DNA of 62,318 bases, filler included. It is 3 parts of 3 records of this genome, joined end to end, with 100 filler letters (N's around TTAATTAATTAA, not from the genome) between each part and the next. Parts side by side here need not be neighbours in the genome. Positions count along the whole stretch, not along the records: positions 1 to 27,893 come from SRR31156797_680; positions 27,994 to 56,721 come from SRR31156797_681; 1 more part is not named here. One strand, 5' to 3'. The translations under genes and the position numbers were made by a program. The notes below the pieces were generated by a model. The model did not search any database, had not been told where the DNA came from, and saw only the letters and a list, made by a program, of their open reading frames with translations. Below are positions 20,698-30,475 of the stretch, piece after piece (the stretch's first letter is position 1; each line of letters begins with the position of its first letter).

Positions 20698-21202
20698 CTT
20701 TAAGAATATCGTCTCCTCTTTTTGTCATGAATGATTCAGGGTGAAACTGTAAACCAGCAACAGGCCTACTATTATGTATAAATCCCATAGGCGCACATTC
20801 GGATTTTAGGAAAACTTGAAGATCAACAGGAACTTTTGAGCAGTATAGAGAATTGTAAACTGCTACATCGACTATCTCGCCATTAAATTTAAGATTGGCA
20901 GTAACGCCGTGCCTCGCATCTTCCAGCTCTGATACTTCGCCGCCGTAGTAAATATTAATTATCTGCATTCCAAGGCAAACACCTAAAACGGGCTTGCTTG
21001 ATGCCAGTATATCGTTGTATTGATCATACTCTTCTGGTGAGCCAGGACCTGCTGAAATAACAAAGCAATCATACCCAGAAATTAATTTTTCATTTAAGCA
21101 TGAATAATTTACAATATCTACTATATCGCCTGTAACTTGTATAAGTTGATGATGTAGGTTATGAGTAAAGCTGTCATTATTATCGATAAGAAGTATTCTC
21201 AT
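20669..21202 (-). CDS. pabA: aminodeoxychorismate synthase glutamine amidotransferase
   Basis: IDNNDSFTHN, GPGSP, GVCLG and QFHPES. Confidence 0.88.
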   Translation of the reverse strand: MRILLIDNNDSFTHNLHHQLIQVTGDIVDIVNYSCLNEKLISGYDCFVISAGPGSPEEYDQYNDILASSKPVLGVCLGMQIINIYYGGEVSELEDARHGVTANLKFNGEIVDVAVYNSLYCSKVPVDLQVFLKSECAPMGFIHNSRPVAGLQFHPESFMTKRGDDILKDVLSRIGII

Positions 21203-21239
21203 ACGGGTGTTTTACACAATACCCCGCAAAAAAACAATA

Positions 21240-21743
21240 TTAGTCTATTTTGGCAATCGATTCACTTATGTCAGCAAGTAGTGATGCAGCCTGTTTAAGC
21301 GTTTTCTTATCTGTTTTTCCGGTGAATTTAGATATGAAGCCGTAGTATTCAGGAGTAAGGGAGCTTATCATTCCTGCACCTGAATCAGTTAGGATTATTT
21401 TCTTCATTCTACCGTCAGTTTTAGATTGCTTGCTAATTACAAATCCGCTCGATTCCAGACCTTTAATAAGTCCGGAAGCTGTCGCTCTGGAAACACCCAT
21501 AAAATCCGCAATCTCAAAAGGGAAAAGCCCCTCTTCGTTAGTGTCTGCGAGAACCATAAGTGCAAGAAATCTTCCATGTGATAAGCCTTTGGAAGCGAAG
21601 AATTTATCTATGCTGATGAGAGCATCACTCGCTGTTCTAAGGAACTGAAGAGTGAAAAGTGCGCTGGTTGGATCAATATCCTTTGAGTCTTTAGCAAATT
21701 TTTTAAGAATCTTCTTCTCAGGGAGCTCTTTAAGTAGAAACAT
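21240..21743 (-). CDS. MarR family transcriptional regulator
   Basis: Winged helix (GVSRATASGLIKGLE) with DGR and LTDSG. Confidence 0.9.
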   Translation of the reverse strand: MFLLKELPEKKILKKFAKDSKDIDPTSALFTLQFLRTASDALISIDKFFASKGLSHGRFLALMVLADTNEEGLFPFEIADFMGVSRATASGLIKGLESSGFVISKQSKTDGRMKKIILTDSGAGMISSLTPEYYGFISKFTGKTDKKTLKQAASLLADISESIAKID

Positions 21744-21829
21744 CTTACCAACCTCGTATTTTTTTTGAGACTAACACACTAAAAACTAATATTCGTCAGG
21801 GAAATATTAAATAATAATGAAGAAGCATA

Positions 21830-22675
21830 CTATTTTTTCCAGCTCTCATAGTTAAGACGCTTAATATTACTGACACCAGCATGCTTAGCTTGGTAAAGAG
21901 CTATCTCTGACCGATTTACAACATTGTCGTAGCTACCGTCGTTTTCTGAAACTTCGCTACAGCCGAAACTTGCTGTAAGGTTTATTTTCTTCTCTCCGAG
22001 ATCAAAATCGTGCTCCTCAATGAACTCTTTAAGGCGCTCACACATCCGCACAGCCCCCTTCGAAGGAGTGTCAGGAAGGAGAATTATAAAATCCTCGTTA
22101 CCTACCTTAGCAAAAAGGTCAGTACCACGCAGACCAGCCTTAACAGCGACTACGAGCTGAGAAAAAACCCTATCAACAACCTCAGCACCCTGCTCCTCAA
22201 GGAGCTTATCAAAATTGTCAATGTTTATCATGATAGTGGAATAAGAGTTACTCCCTCTTACAAAACGCTGATAAAAGATATTTAACTCTTTAAAAAAGAA
22301 CCTACGATTATATATCCCTGTGAGAGGGTCTTCCACTGCACATTCTTTAAAAGAGCTTTCCAGAAGTGCCGTCTCTGTTATGTCATAAACAACAATTGCC
22401 GCACAGGAAGCATCATTACAGATAAGAGGAACAATATTCAGCTTATAAAATGAACTTAGATTTTCGACCGTTATATCAGACATTATTTCGTCTTTATTGA
22501 TAGCTTCTGAAACTTTAGAACGGACAAGCTCGATACTGTTCAAAGTCTTGTAAAGCTCTTCTATGTCAATGTTTTCCGAAAAGCTACTGACAAATCCGCA
22601 ACTCTCATTTACTATAATGACTTCCTCGTCAAGCGCCCCTAGAATCTTTGAAACATGGTCGAAGTTAATATTCAT
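21830..22675 (-). CDS. degenerate GGDEF domain protein (GNEDF) with intact I-site
   Basis: DPLTGIYNRR and RGTDLFAKVGNEDF. Start placed at ATG 22675 after an AGGA RBS. Confidence 0.85.
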   Translation of the reverse strand: MNINFDHVSKILGALDEEVIIVNESCGFVSSFSENIDIEELYKTLNSIELVRSKVSEAINKDEIMSDITVENLSSFYKLNIVPLICNDASCAAIVVYDITETALLESSFKECAVEDPLTGIYNRRFFFKELNIFYQRFVRGSNSYSTIMINIDNFDKLLEEQGAEVVDRVFSQLVVAVKAGLRGTDLFAKVGNEDFIILLPDTPSKGAVRMCERLKEFIEEHDFDLGEKKINLTASFGCSEVSENDGSYDNVVNRSEIALYQAKHAGVSNIKRLNYESWKK

Positions 22676-22777
22676 GATAATTCCTATACGAACATAATAA
22701 TAATCTATTTTAATATATAAATTACTATTTTTCAAATTCATGTTTACGTTATTGTGTATATTGTTATAATTATTATT

Positions 22778-24130
22778 ATGAATAAAATATTAATAGTAAT
22801 TAAGTTATTAACTATATACCTGCTAACCTTAGTGCTTATGGCATGCGGAGGTGGCGGAGGCGGTTCATCAAATAATGATGATTTATCTGATATAACAGTG
22901 GGAGCAAGAGGAACCCTAAGTTACTCCCCTGCAACATGCTCTGATGCCGATCAGTTCCAATTTATCTACAACGTTATGCATGATGTTTATCTATGGTCCA
23001 GCACATCTCCGGATGTTTCGTTATCCGGATATTCATCTCAATCAACACTAATAAGCGACCTTAGAAGCAGTCAGGACAGTTGGAGTTATGTTATCAGTCA
23101 GGATGCATACAATAGCTATTATGCCGGAGCAAATGTCGGTCTCGGTGTAAAAATGGCCTCCGATTCCAGCAGTAATGAAATTTTTGTAACCCATGTGTAC
23201 GTCGGTTCTCCTGCATATACTGCGGGCATCAGAAGAGGCTACAGCCTTACATCTGTAAATGGTTATTCAGCGTACGACATCATAAATAACGATGAGTGGG
23301 ATGATGCTTTCGGACCTTCAGAGAGCGGCTATGTTACTGATATTGATTATATAGACAATAACAATGCTACAGGCTCTGTCAGCGTTACTAAAGCGTCTTA
23401 TTATGCCGATTCTGTGGCAGCATATTCGATACTGACTAACTCTAATAACGGAAATAAAATAGGCTACCTCGCTTATCTCAATTTCAGCAGTAATTATTCC
23501 GCCGACCTTCAAGATGCATTTTCAGATTTTGCCAGCAATAATGTTAAAGAGCTTGTAGTAGACCTCAGATACAACGGCGGAGGACTGACAAGCGGAGCAC
23601 AGTACATAGGGACTCAGATAGCTGGCACATCAAATATGCTTAAGACTATGTTTTACTTCATACATAACAGCAAATATTCATCATGGAACGTCAGCAACCT
23701 TTTCCCTGTACCGTCATACGCGCTTTCGATAGATAAAGTTGTGTTTTTAACAACCTCATCGACTGCGTCATCAAGTGAAATACTAATCAATGGACTGGTT
23801 CCATATATAGACACATACCTTATCGGTTCGGACACTCACGGAAAACCTGTGGGGATGTACTCCTTCTCCTTCTGTGACAATTATATCGTACCTATCACAT
23901 TCAAAAACGTTAACGTTGACGGTGAGACAGACTATTTCGACGGGCTCTCTGCTGACTGTTTCGCAAATGATGATGTGGCTAATCAGTTAGGGGACTCAAG
24001 TGAAGAGATGCTGGCTGCCGCTATAAACTATCTCGAAAACGGAACATGTAACGACGGTAGAAAAACTGACATTTCAAACCTACATGCGCCAGAAAGAAGA
24101 GGCATAAACAAGATTTTTGATGTAAGATAA
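22778..24130 (+). CDS. S41 family peptidase lipoprotein with PDZ domain
   Basis: Lipobox LMAC-GGGG, DLRYNGGG, TASSSE and HGKPVG. Confidence 0.9.
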   Translation: MNKILIVIKLLTIYLLTLVLMACGGGGGGSSNNDDLSDITVGARGTLSYSPATCSDADQFQFIYNVMHDVYLWSSTSPDVSLSGYSSQSTLISDLRSSQDSWSYVISQDAYNSYYAGANVGLGVKMASDSSSNEIFVTHVYVGSPAYTAGIRRGYSLTSVNGYSAYDIINNDEWDDAFGPSESGYVTDIDYIDNNNATGSVSVTKASYYADSVAAYSILTNSNNGNKIGYLAYLNFSSNYSADLQDAFSDFASNNVKELVVDLRYNGGGLTSGAQYIGTQIAGTSNMLKTMFYFIHNSKYSSWNVSNLFPVPSYALSIDKVVFLTTSSTASSSEILINGLVPYIDTYLIGSDTHGKPVGMYSFSFCDNYIVPITFKNVNVDGETDYFDGLSADCFANDDVANQLGDSSEEMLAAAINYLENGTCNDGRKTDISNLHAPERRGINKIFDVR

Positions 24131-24155
24131 GTATTATTTTATTTATGAGGATTTT

Positions 24156-25712
24156 ATGGATACTTTTTTGAGGATACTAAGACTCAAAAATTCAATTAAT
24201 TTCATATCTACATTAGCATTCATTTCTATATTTATAGTGCTTGTAAGTGGTAGTTTTCTTTTTATGATAACGAAATACGAAATGTTCCTAGAGGAATATG
24301 TCGATAATAACTTAGCTAAAACTGAGATAGTAACAAAAGACGTACTTAGCGCACTAAATAAACTCAATAGCTCTGGTTACTCGAAATGTGATGAGTCAAC
24401 TCTCTACCTTATGCGTACAGCCCAATTTAAATCAGAATTCATAAAAGACGTCGGCTTCACAAAAGACGATACACTACTATGTACTACCGGTCTGGGTGTA
24501 TTAAAAGAGCCTTTTAAAGAGCCCTCTCCTCAGTTCACCACAAAATCAGGCATAGATATGTGGGTGAATGTACCTATCAAGCTTTTTAACTTTCAAAACT
24601 ATGCCACCGTGGCAAAAAAAGATAATTATAATGTTGTAATCAATTCTGAGTCTGTAGATCTTGATGTCGTAGAACATGTTACAAGCTCTCTATTCGTCAG
24701 GATAGGTAATGGTGATCCGATTTATCATTTTGGCAGTAAGAAGTTAACTCCACCGACTGATAATAGTTACGGTGTCTGGAGCGGAGACAGCGGCATCTAT
24801 GCATTTAAATGCAGTGATCTTTCTATAAGCTGTGCAATGGCATACATACCTTTCTCTAAAATACTAGTCCGTGAACAGGGGCTTATCCTAAGAGCATCAA
24901 TCATTTTTCTTTTCGCAAGCTTAATGGCTGCCCTGCTTCTGAATAACTACTTAAATAAGCTCATCATTTTCAGAAAGAGGTTTCTGAGAAATATTAATAA
25001 AGCAAGGGTAAGGTGCTACTATCAGCCCATTATCGACATCAAGACCGGAAATATAATCGGTTGCGAAGTCCTCGCCAGATGGCAGGATGATAATGGTAAA
25101 ATTGTTTCACCAGATAGATTTATCCCTGTTATCAGAACCAGCAGGAAGACGAGAGAATTTACAAATATAATTATCAAGAAAGCCTTTGAAGAGCTGAGCG
25201 AAGTTATTAAGGATAACCAGTCATTCAAGATTTCATTTAATATTTTCCCTGTGGACTTTAACTCCGAAGCTGTTTGTACTTTCTTTAGTGAATACCGTCG
25301 AGTCTACCCTGAGCTTCAGATCAATGTCGAGATTACAGAAGATGAGCTCATCGAGGCTCCAGCCATAGCGGAAAACCTTAATATATTAAGAGAAAGAGGG
25401 TTTCAGATATCCATAGACGATTTCGGTACCGGATATTCAAGCCTCTCATATCTTCAGGAGTTGGCTGTAGACTATATTAAAATCGACAGAAGCTTTGTAA
25501 AAGACCTTGAAATTGGTACGGTAAAATCAAAGCTTATACCGCATATAGTATCCATCGCTGAGACTATCAACGCTAAGATAATCATAGAAGGTATCGAAAA
25601 CGAAGAGCAGGTAATGTATGCTGACTCACTAGATATTGAGTGCGCACAAGGTTTTTACTACAGTAAACCTCTGCCGCTTTACGAGTTCAGCGAATTTTTA
25701 AAGGGAAGTTAA
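24156..25712 (+). CDS. c-di-GMP phosphodiesterase (CSS-type periplasmic domain plus EAL)
   Basis: Two TMs around a Cys-containing periplasmic domain (KCD, LCTT). YQP, EVLARW, DDFGTGYSS, KIDRSF, EGIE and QGF. Confidence 0.9.
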   Translation: MDTFLRILRLKNSINFISTLAFISIFIVLVSGSFLFMITKYEMFLEEYVDNNLAKTEIVTKDVLSALNKLNSSGYSKCDESTLYLMRTAQFKSEFIKDVGFTKDDTLLCTTGLGVLKEPFKEPSPQFTTKSGIDMWVNVPIKLFNFQNYATVAKKDNYNVVINSESVDLDVVEHVTSSLFVRIGNGDPIYHFGSKKLTPPTDNSYGVWSGDSGIYAFKCSDLSISCAMAYIPFSKILVREQGLILRASIIFLFASLMAALLLNNYLNKLIIFRKRFLRNINKARVRCYYQPIIDIKTGNIIGCEVLARWQDDNGKIVSPDRFIPVIRTSRKTREFTNIIIKKAFEELSEVIKDNQSFKISFNIFPVDFNSEAVCTFFSEYRRVYPELQINVEITEDELIEAPAIAENLNILRERGFQISIDDFGTGYSSLSYLQELAVDYIKIDRSFVKDLEIGTVKSKLIPHIVSIAETINAKIIIEGIENEEQVMYADSLDIECAQGFYYSKPLPLYEFSEFLKGS

Positions 25713-25716
25713 GAAC

Positions 25717-26574
25717 ATGAATAACTTTAAAAGCCAGCTAACAGACAAAATCAAAGAGATAGTTAATACATCAGATAAAAACACTCTGCACGGCTTTGAT
25801 GAAAAATCGTGGGGAGAGCCTATGGTCGCATTTTCATCCGGAAGCGATCCCCTCTTCGATTTTTATAAAGAACATATCGGCGATTTCTACTGGACTCCAG
25901 CTGAGGTTATGCAGGCTGAATACGGGAAAGAGTTCGAAACCTCAAACCTTAGCATCGTCAGCTGGGTACTGCCTCAAACTGAGGCAACTTTGCTCGACCA
26001 GAGGAAAGAGACACAACTACCGTCTAAAAGATGGGTCTATTCACGCCACTATGGTGAAGCTTTTAATCAATTTTTAAGAGCGGAAGTAGTCGATTTCATA
26101 AGAAGCTTAGGCATTAAAGCCGCCTCAGCACTGATAACCAAAGGGTGGGATTACAAGCAGTCAGACAAGGTAGGCATCTGCTCTAACTGGTCGGAACGCC
26201 ACACAGCATACGCCGCAGGACTTGGCACATTCAGCTTATCTGATGGGTTTATTACAGCGAAAGGTAAAGCACATAGAGTGGGTTCTGCCATTTTTGAAAA
26301 GGTAATCGAACCGGATGAAAGAAAATATAAAAATCACACTGAAAACTGCCTATACTATGCAAAAGGGACATGTGGAGCCTGTATTAGGCGATGTCCGGCA
26401 GGGGCTATAACAAAAGAAGGCGGCCACGACAAGCAAGCTTGCCACGATTATATAAGAAGCACCACAAAACCTTATGCTTATGAGATATTAGGCGCAGACC
26501 AAACACCTTGCGGGCTTTGTCAGGCAAAGGTTCCCTGCGAAAGAGCTAACCCTATGGCTAGAAGTAAGACTTAG
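25717..26574 (+). CDS. QueG/reductive-dehalogenase-like 2x[4Fe-4S] protein
   Basis: SNWSERHTAYAAGLG, C-x7-CGAC-x3-CP and CGLCQAKVPC. Confidence 0.8.
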   Translation: MNNFKSQLTDKIKEIVNTSDKNTLHGFDEKSWGEPMVAFSSGSDPLFDFYKEHIGDFYWTPAEVMQAEYGKEFETSNLSIVSWVLPQTEATLLDQRKETQLPSKRWVYSRHYGEAFNQFLRAEVVDFIRSLGIKAASALITKGWDYKQSDKVGICSNWSERHTAYAAGLGTFSLSDGFITAKGKAHRVGSAIFEKVIEPDERKYKNHTENCLYYAKGTCGACIRRCPAGAITKEGGHDKQACHDYIRSTTKPYAYEILGADQTPCGLCQAKVPCERANPMARSKT

Positions 26575-26848
26575 AATCGTCCTTCTTTTTTTTGTCGTAC
26601 CCTTTCTCAAGACCTTTTCTGAAGTCTTTTGCGCTCTCCTTAGTATCTTCGAAAAGCTCTTTTACATACTTAGATGCCTTATTAATATTACCCTTGTTAT
26701 CTTTAAGGAATTTCTGACCAGCTTCCTTCCCTTTCTTCGCAGTTTCACCGATGACCTCGCCAGCTTTCTCAGACTTATCTCCAGCGTAAACAACTGTTCC
26801 TAGTGCGATGATAAAGATTATAACAATTGCCTTAACTCTCATTTTCAC
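26558..26848 (-). CDS. small exported Lys-rich hypothetical protein
   Basis: Signal peptide ending VYA and a GAGGTG RBS. Confidence 0.65.
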   Translation of the reverse strand: MKMRVKAIVIIFIIALGTVVYAGDKSEKAGEVIGETAKKGKEAGQKFLKDNKGNINKASKYVKELFEDTKESAKDFRKGLEKGYDKKKKDDSKSYF

Positions 26849-26885
26849 CTCTTATAACAAAATATTATACTGTAAATCCTTACAC

Positions 26886-26914
26886 TTGTAATTATCTAAA
26901 TTGAGGTGTAGGAT
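26886..26914 (+). promoter_or_regulatory. sigma70 promoter for the FMN riboswitch-ribB transcript
   Basis: TTGTAA-17 nt-TAGGAT directly upstream of the aptamer. Confidence 0.6.
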
Positions 26915-26920
26915 GTGAGA

Positions 26921-27056
26921 AATTCTCAGGGCGGGGCGAGATTCCCCACCGGCGGTGATGTGCAAAAGCAATAAGCCCGCGAGCGCCTGTTTATCAGGGT
27001 CAGCAGATTCGGTGAGATTCCGAAGCCGACGGTTATAGTCCGGATGAAAGAGGATT
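26921..27056 (+). ncRNA. FMN riboswitch (RFN element)
   Basis: TCAGGGCGGGGCGAGATTCCCCACCGGCGGT...AGCCCGCGAGC...AGCCGACGGTTATAGTCCGGATGAAAGAG upstream of ribB. A downstream GCCCTGA is complementary to the 5' strand. Confidence 0.97.
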
Positions 27057-27105
27057 AACCATTCATAAATGAGTTATTCTTATGCCCTGATTCATGAGGT
27101 ATAAT

Positions 27106-27720
27106 ATGAATCAGACGATCACAAAAGTATCAATCAAATCAGCTATCGAAGACCTTAAAAACGGCAAGGGCGTTATCGTTGTTGATAACGAAGACCGTGA
27201 AAACGAAGGCGACCTTATCTTTCCGGCTGAAACTATCACTAACGACCAGATGGCGGCTCTTATCAGAGATTGTAGCGGTATTGTATGCCTCTGCATAACA
27301 GATGAGAAGCGCAAAAAGCTCGGATTAGAGATGATGGTAAAACAGAACAACAGCCAGTACGGAACGGCTTTTACTGTCACGATAGAGGCGGCAGAGGGCG
27401 TTACAACGGGTGTTTCAGCGGCGGACAGAGTCACAACAATCAAAACAGCAATTGCTAACTGTGCAAATAACAGCAGCATCGCTAGCCCGGGACATGTTTT
27501 CCCACTTGTGGCTAGACCGGGTGGAGTTTTAGAGAGAGAAGGACATACTGAGGCGGCAGTCGATCTTATGAGATTAGCTGGCTATTCGCCTTGCGGTGTA
27601 CTTTGTGAACTAACTAACCCGGACGGTACGATGATGCGCAGAGACGATATCGACAGATACGCTGAAGAAAACGGTTATTCAGTTATCACTATTGAAGATA
27701 TCAAGGGATTTATAATCTAA
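27106..27720 (+). CDS. ribB: 3,4-dihydroxy-2-butanone-4-phosphate synthase
   Basis: [30 protein letters not shown] and GHTEA. GAGGT RBS. Confidence 0.97.
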   Translation: MNQTITKVSIKSAIEDLKNGKGVIVVDNEDRENEGDLIFPAETITNDQMAALIRDCSGIVCLCITDEKRKKLGLEMMVKQNNSQYGTAFTVTIEAAEGVTTGVSAADRVTTIKTAIANCANNSSIASPGHVFPLVARPGGVLEREGHTEAAVDLMRLAGYSPCGVLCELTNPDGTMMRRDDIDRYAEENGYSVITIEDIKGFII

Positions 27721-27785
27721 AACTGGGGTAGTAGCTTAGCCGTTCGAAAGATATGTTACCATATTAAGAAATAGGTAAAGAATCC

Positions 27786-27864
27786 TTCATTCTGAACGCA
27801 GTGAAGAATCTGATACTATTACATAATCTACTGAATAAGATCCTTCGCATCCGCTCAGTATGGC
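27786..27864. repeat. inverted pair of REP-like units
   Basis: TTCATTCTGAACGCAGTGAAGAATCT and, in inverted orientation, GCCATACTGAGCGGATGCGAAGGATCT. Confidence 0.65.
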
Positions 27865-27893
27865 TATAAAAATATCTTCCATAAACAAATAAT

Positions 27894-27993
27894 NNNNNNN
27901 NNNNNNNNNNNNNNNNNNNNNNNNNNNNNNNNNNNNNTTAATTAATTAANNNNNNNNNNNNNNNNNNNNNNNNNNNNNNNNNNNNNNNNNNNN
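27894..27993. other. artificial contig-join spacer
   Basis: 44 N + TTAATTAATTAA + 44 N. Confidence 0.99.
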
Positions 27994-29343
27994 ATTACAA
28001 TCGCTACAAATATGGCTGGTCGTGGTACGGATATCAAATTAGGCGGTGACTCATCTACCATGGCAACTAATGATTTGCTGCGTGAGAAATTCACAACTGA
28101 TGAGATATTGATTGCAGCAGGACATACGAAGATAACTGATGAGAAGCTGATAGCTCTGAGGGAAAAATATAATCAATTGGTTGCAGACCATAAGAAGGTA
28201 ACTGATGAAGAGAAGAAAAAGGTTATTGAATTAGGCGGGTTAAGGGTAATTGGCTCTGAACGTCATGATTCCAGACGTATTGATAATCAGCTTCGTGGTC
28301 GTTCTGGTCGTCAGGGAGACCCGGGCTCATCCAAATTCTTTATTTCCTTTGATGATAAGGTGACAAGGCTGTATACCAAGGATAATTCCACAATTCTCAA
28401 TATGGTAAAAAGCATCGAGATGGAGGATGGATTCCTCGGGCAGCATAAGATGATAACAAATACTATTCAAAGGGCACAAAAGGCGGCTGAAAGCCGAAGC
28501 TTTAGTATAAGAAAGAATATATTGCAATACGATAATATTATAAATGACCATCGTAAGATTATCTATTCGCAACGTCGTGAGGTGCTGAACAAAGAAGATA
28601 ATCAGGCGACTATTCTCACCATGATTAAATACTATGTCGATGATATGGTGAGTGTTGCAACTGCAGAAAGCGAGTATCCGGAGGAATGGGATATCGACAA
28701 GATACTGGCATTTGCCAATAGTGTATTCCTAGTGCCATTCTCCAAGGTTAAAGCCATGGGACAGAAAAAGGTACGCATACTGCCACAGAAGTACAAAATA
28801 GATATTAATGAAGCAGAGCGTGAGGATTTGACTCGTGAGAAGTTTAAGGAAATACTATTAGCTGGTGCAATGAGAGTCTATAACGATATGAATGATGAAT
28901 TCACCAAAGCAGGTCTGAATCTACGTGATGCAGAGAGCGCATTGCTCCTTCGGGTAGTTACAGCTCACTGGCAGCACTATAATGAAGCAGTAGAACAGGT
29001 GAAGCAGGGAATAGGTCTGCGTTCTGTTGGACAGCGTGACCCAATAGTTGAATTCCGCATAGAAGCAGGACAGATGTTTGATGATGCTATACACAAGATA
29101 AAGATAGCAACTGCCAGCAATATTTTTACTTCAAATATGAAGAGACATTTGGATATTAAGAAGTATTCCGAGGAAGCATACAGCAATATGACACTAAGCG
29201 GAGAAGCACCTGCAAAGGAAGATACTCCTGTAGTTAAGAAAAAAGTAGGAAGAAATGACCCATGCCCATGCGGCAAGATGAGAACTCTTTCTGATGGAAG
29301 AAAAGTTCCTATGAAGTACAAGAACTGCTGCGGAAAAAAGTAG
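27994..29343 (+). CDS. secA: preprotein translocase SecA, 5'-truncated by contig edge
   Basis: [34 protein letters not shown] and a C-terminal GRNDPCPCG. Confidence 0.96.
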   Translation: MTIATNMAGRGTDIKLGGDSSTMATNDLLREKFTTDEILIAAGHTKITDEKLIALREKYNQLVADHKKVTDEEKKKVIELGGLRVIGSERHDSRRIDNQLRGRSGRQGDPGSSKFFISFDDKVTRLYTKDNSTILNMVKSIEMEDGFLGQHKMITNTIQRAQKAAESRSFSIRKNILQYDNIINDHRKIIYSQRREVLNKEDNQATILTMIKYYVDDMVSVATAESEYPEEWDIDKILAFANSVFLVPFSKVKAMGQKKVRILPQKYKIDINEAEREDLTREKFKEILLAGAMRVYNDMNDEFTKAGLNLRDAESALLLRVVTAHWQHYNEAVEQVKQGIGLRSVGQRDPIVEFRIEAGQMFDDAIHKIKIATASNIFTSNMKRHLDIKKYSEEAYSNMTLSGEAPAKEDTPVVKKKVGRNDPCPCGKMRTLSDGRKVPMKYKNCCGKK

Positions 29344-29363
29344 ACAGAAAGGTCAACTAATAG

Positions 29364-30461
29364 ATGATACAGCTGGATGGCATAAAACAACAACTAAAGC
29401 AATTAGGCAAATTGTCCGACGAAATATACATTGCTCTTAATATTGATACAGTAAAGAGCGAGCATAAGGAGCTTTCCATGGAAATGTCAGCACCTTCATT
29501 TTGGGATGATGTTGAAAATGCTCAAAAGGTAAATAAGAGTATCAAGCAGCTGGAGAATAAGATTGACTCTATTGACAGCATCAAATCCCGTATTGATGAT
29601 GCTAATGTAATGGTGGAAATGTGCGAAGATGATGAGGATGAATCCCTGCTGGAAGAGCTGTCTCTTGAGGTAGAGAATCTGGAAATTACCTGCGAAACAC
29701 TGCGTCTACAGACATTACTAACAGGTGAATATGACAGTAACAACTGCTATATAGCTCTAAACTCCGGTGCAGGCGGTACAGAGGCACAGGACTGGAACGA
29801 CATGCTCTATCGTATGTACAGACGATACTGCGAACGTCACGGATATAATGTATCTGTAGTTGATTATTTAGCTGGTGGTGATGCAGGAGTGAAGAATGTA
29901 TCCATCCATGTAGAGGGTGAGAATGCCTATGGTTTCCTAAAAGCCGAAAAGGGCGTTCATAGATTGGTAAGGATTTCGCCATTTGATTCAAATGCCAGAC
30001 GTCACACATCTTTTGCATCTGTTGACGTTACTCCTGAAATAGATGTTTCGTCAGAGGTTGACATAAATACGGAGGATTTGCGTATCGATACATATCGTGC
30101 ATCTGGTGCAGGCGGTCAGCACATCAATAAGACGGATTCAGCAGTTCGTATTACACATATTCCTACAGGTACAGTAGTTGCCTGTCAGAATGAGAGAAGC
30201 CAGACTCAGAATAAAGAAACTGCTATGAAAATGCTCCTATCCAAGCTGGTTGAGCTGAAAGAGCGTGAAAACATGGAGAAGATGGCAGAGATAAAGGGCG
30301 AGCAAAAGAAAGTGGAATGGGGATCACAGATTCGCTCCTACGTCTTTCATCCATATAAAATGGTAAAAGACCATCGTACAAATGTAGAAACAGGTGCAGT
30401 GGACAAGGTCATGGATGGAGATATTGATATGTTTATTACTGCTTACTTAAAGGATTATTAA
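29364..30461 (+). CDS. prfB: peptide chain release factor 2, uninterrupted frame
   Basis: SPF tripeptide, GGQ and WGSQIRSY. Follows secA. Confidence 0.96.
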   Translation: MIQLDGIKQQLKQLGKLSDEIYIALNIDTVKSEHKELSMEMSAPSFWDDVENAQKVNKSIKQLENKIDSIDSIKSRIDDANVMVEMCEDDEDESLLEELSLEVENLEITCETLRLQTLLTGEYDSNNCYIALNSGAGGTEAQDWNDMLYRMYRRYCERHGYNVSVVDYLAGGDAGVKNVSIHVEGENAYGFLKAEKGVHRLVRISPFDSNARRHTSFASVDVTPEIDVSSEVDINTEDLRIDTYRASGAGGQHINKTDSAVRITHIPTGTVVACQNERSQTQNKETAMKMLLSKLVELKERENMEKMAEIKGEQKKVEWGSQIRSYVFHPYKMVKDHRTNVETGAVDKVMDGDIDMFITAYLKDY

Positions 30462-30475
30462 TAGCTGAGGTAAAT

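Noticed and set aside
22840..22875. CGGGGG(G)SS start shared with the lipoprotein at 1573-2601
   Set aside because: It is a generic low-complexity lipoprotein tether with no further similarity.
27938..27949. TTAATTAATTAA palindrome, repeated at 56766-56777
   Set aside because: It is a synthetic all-frame stop linker inside N padding.
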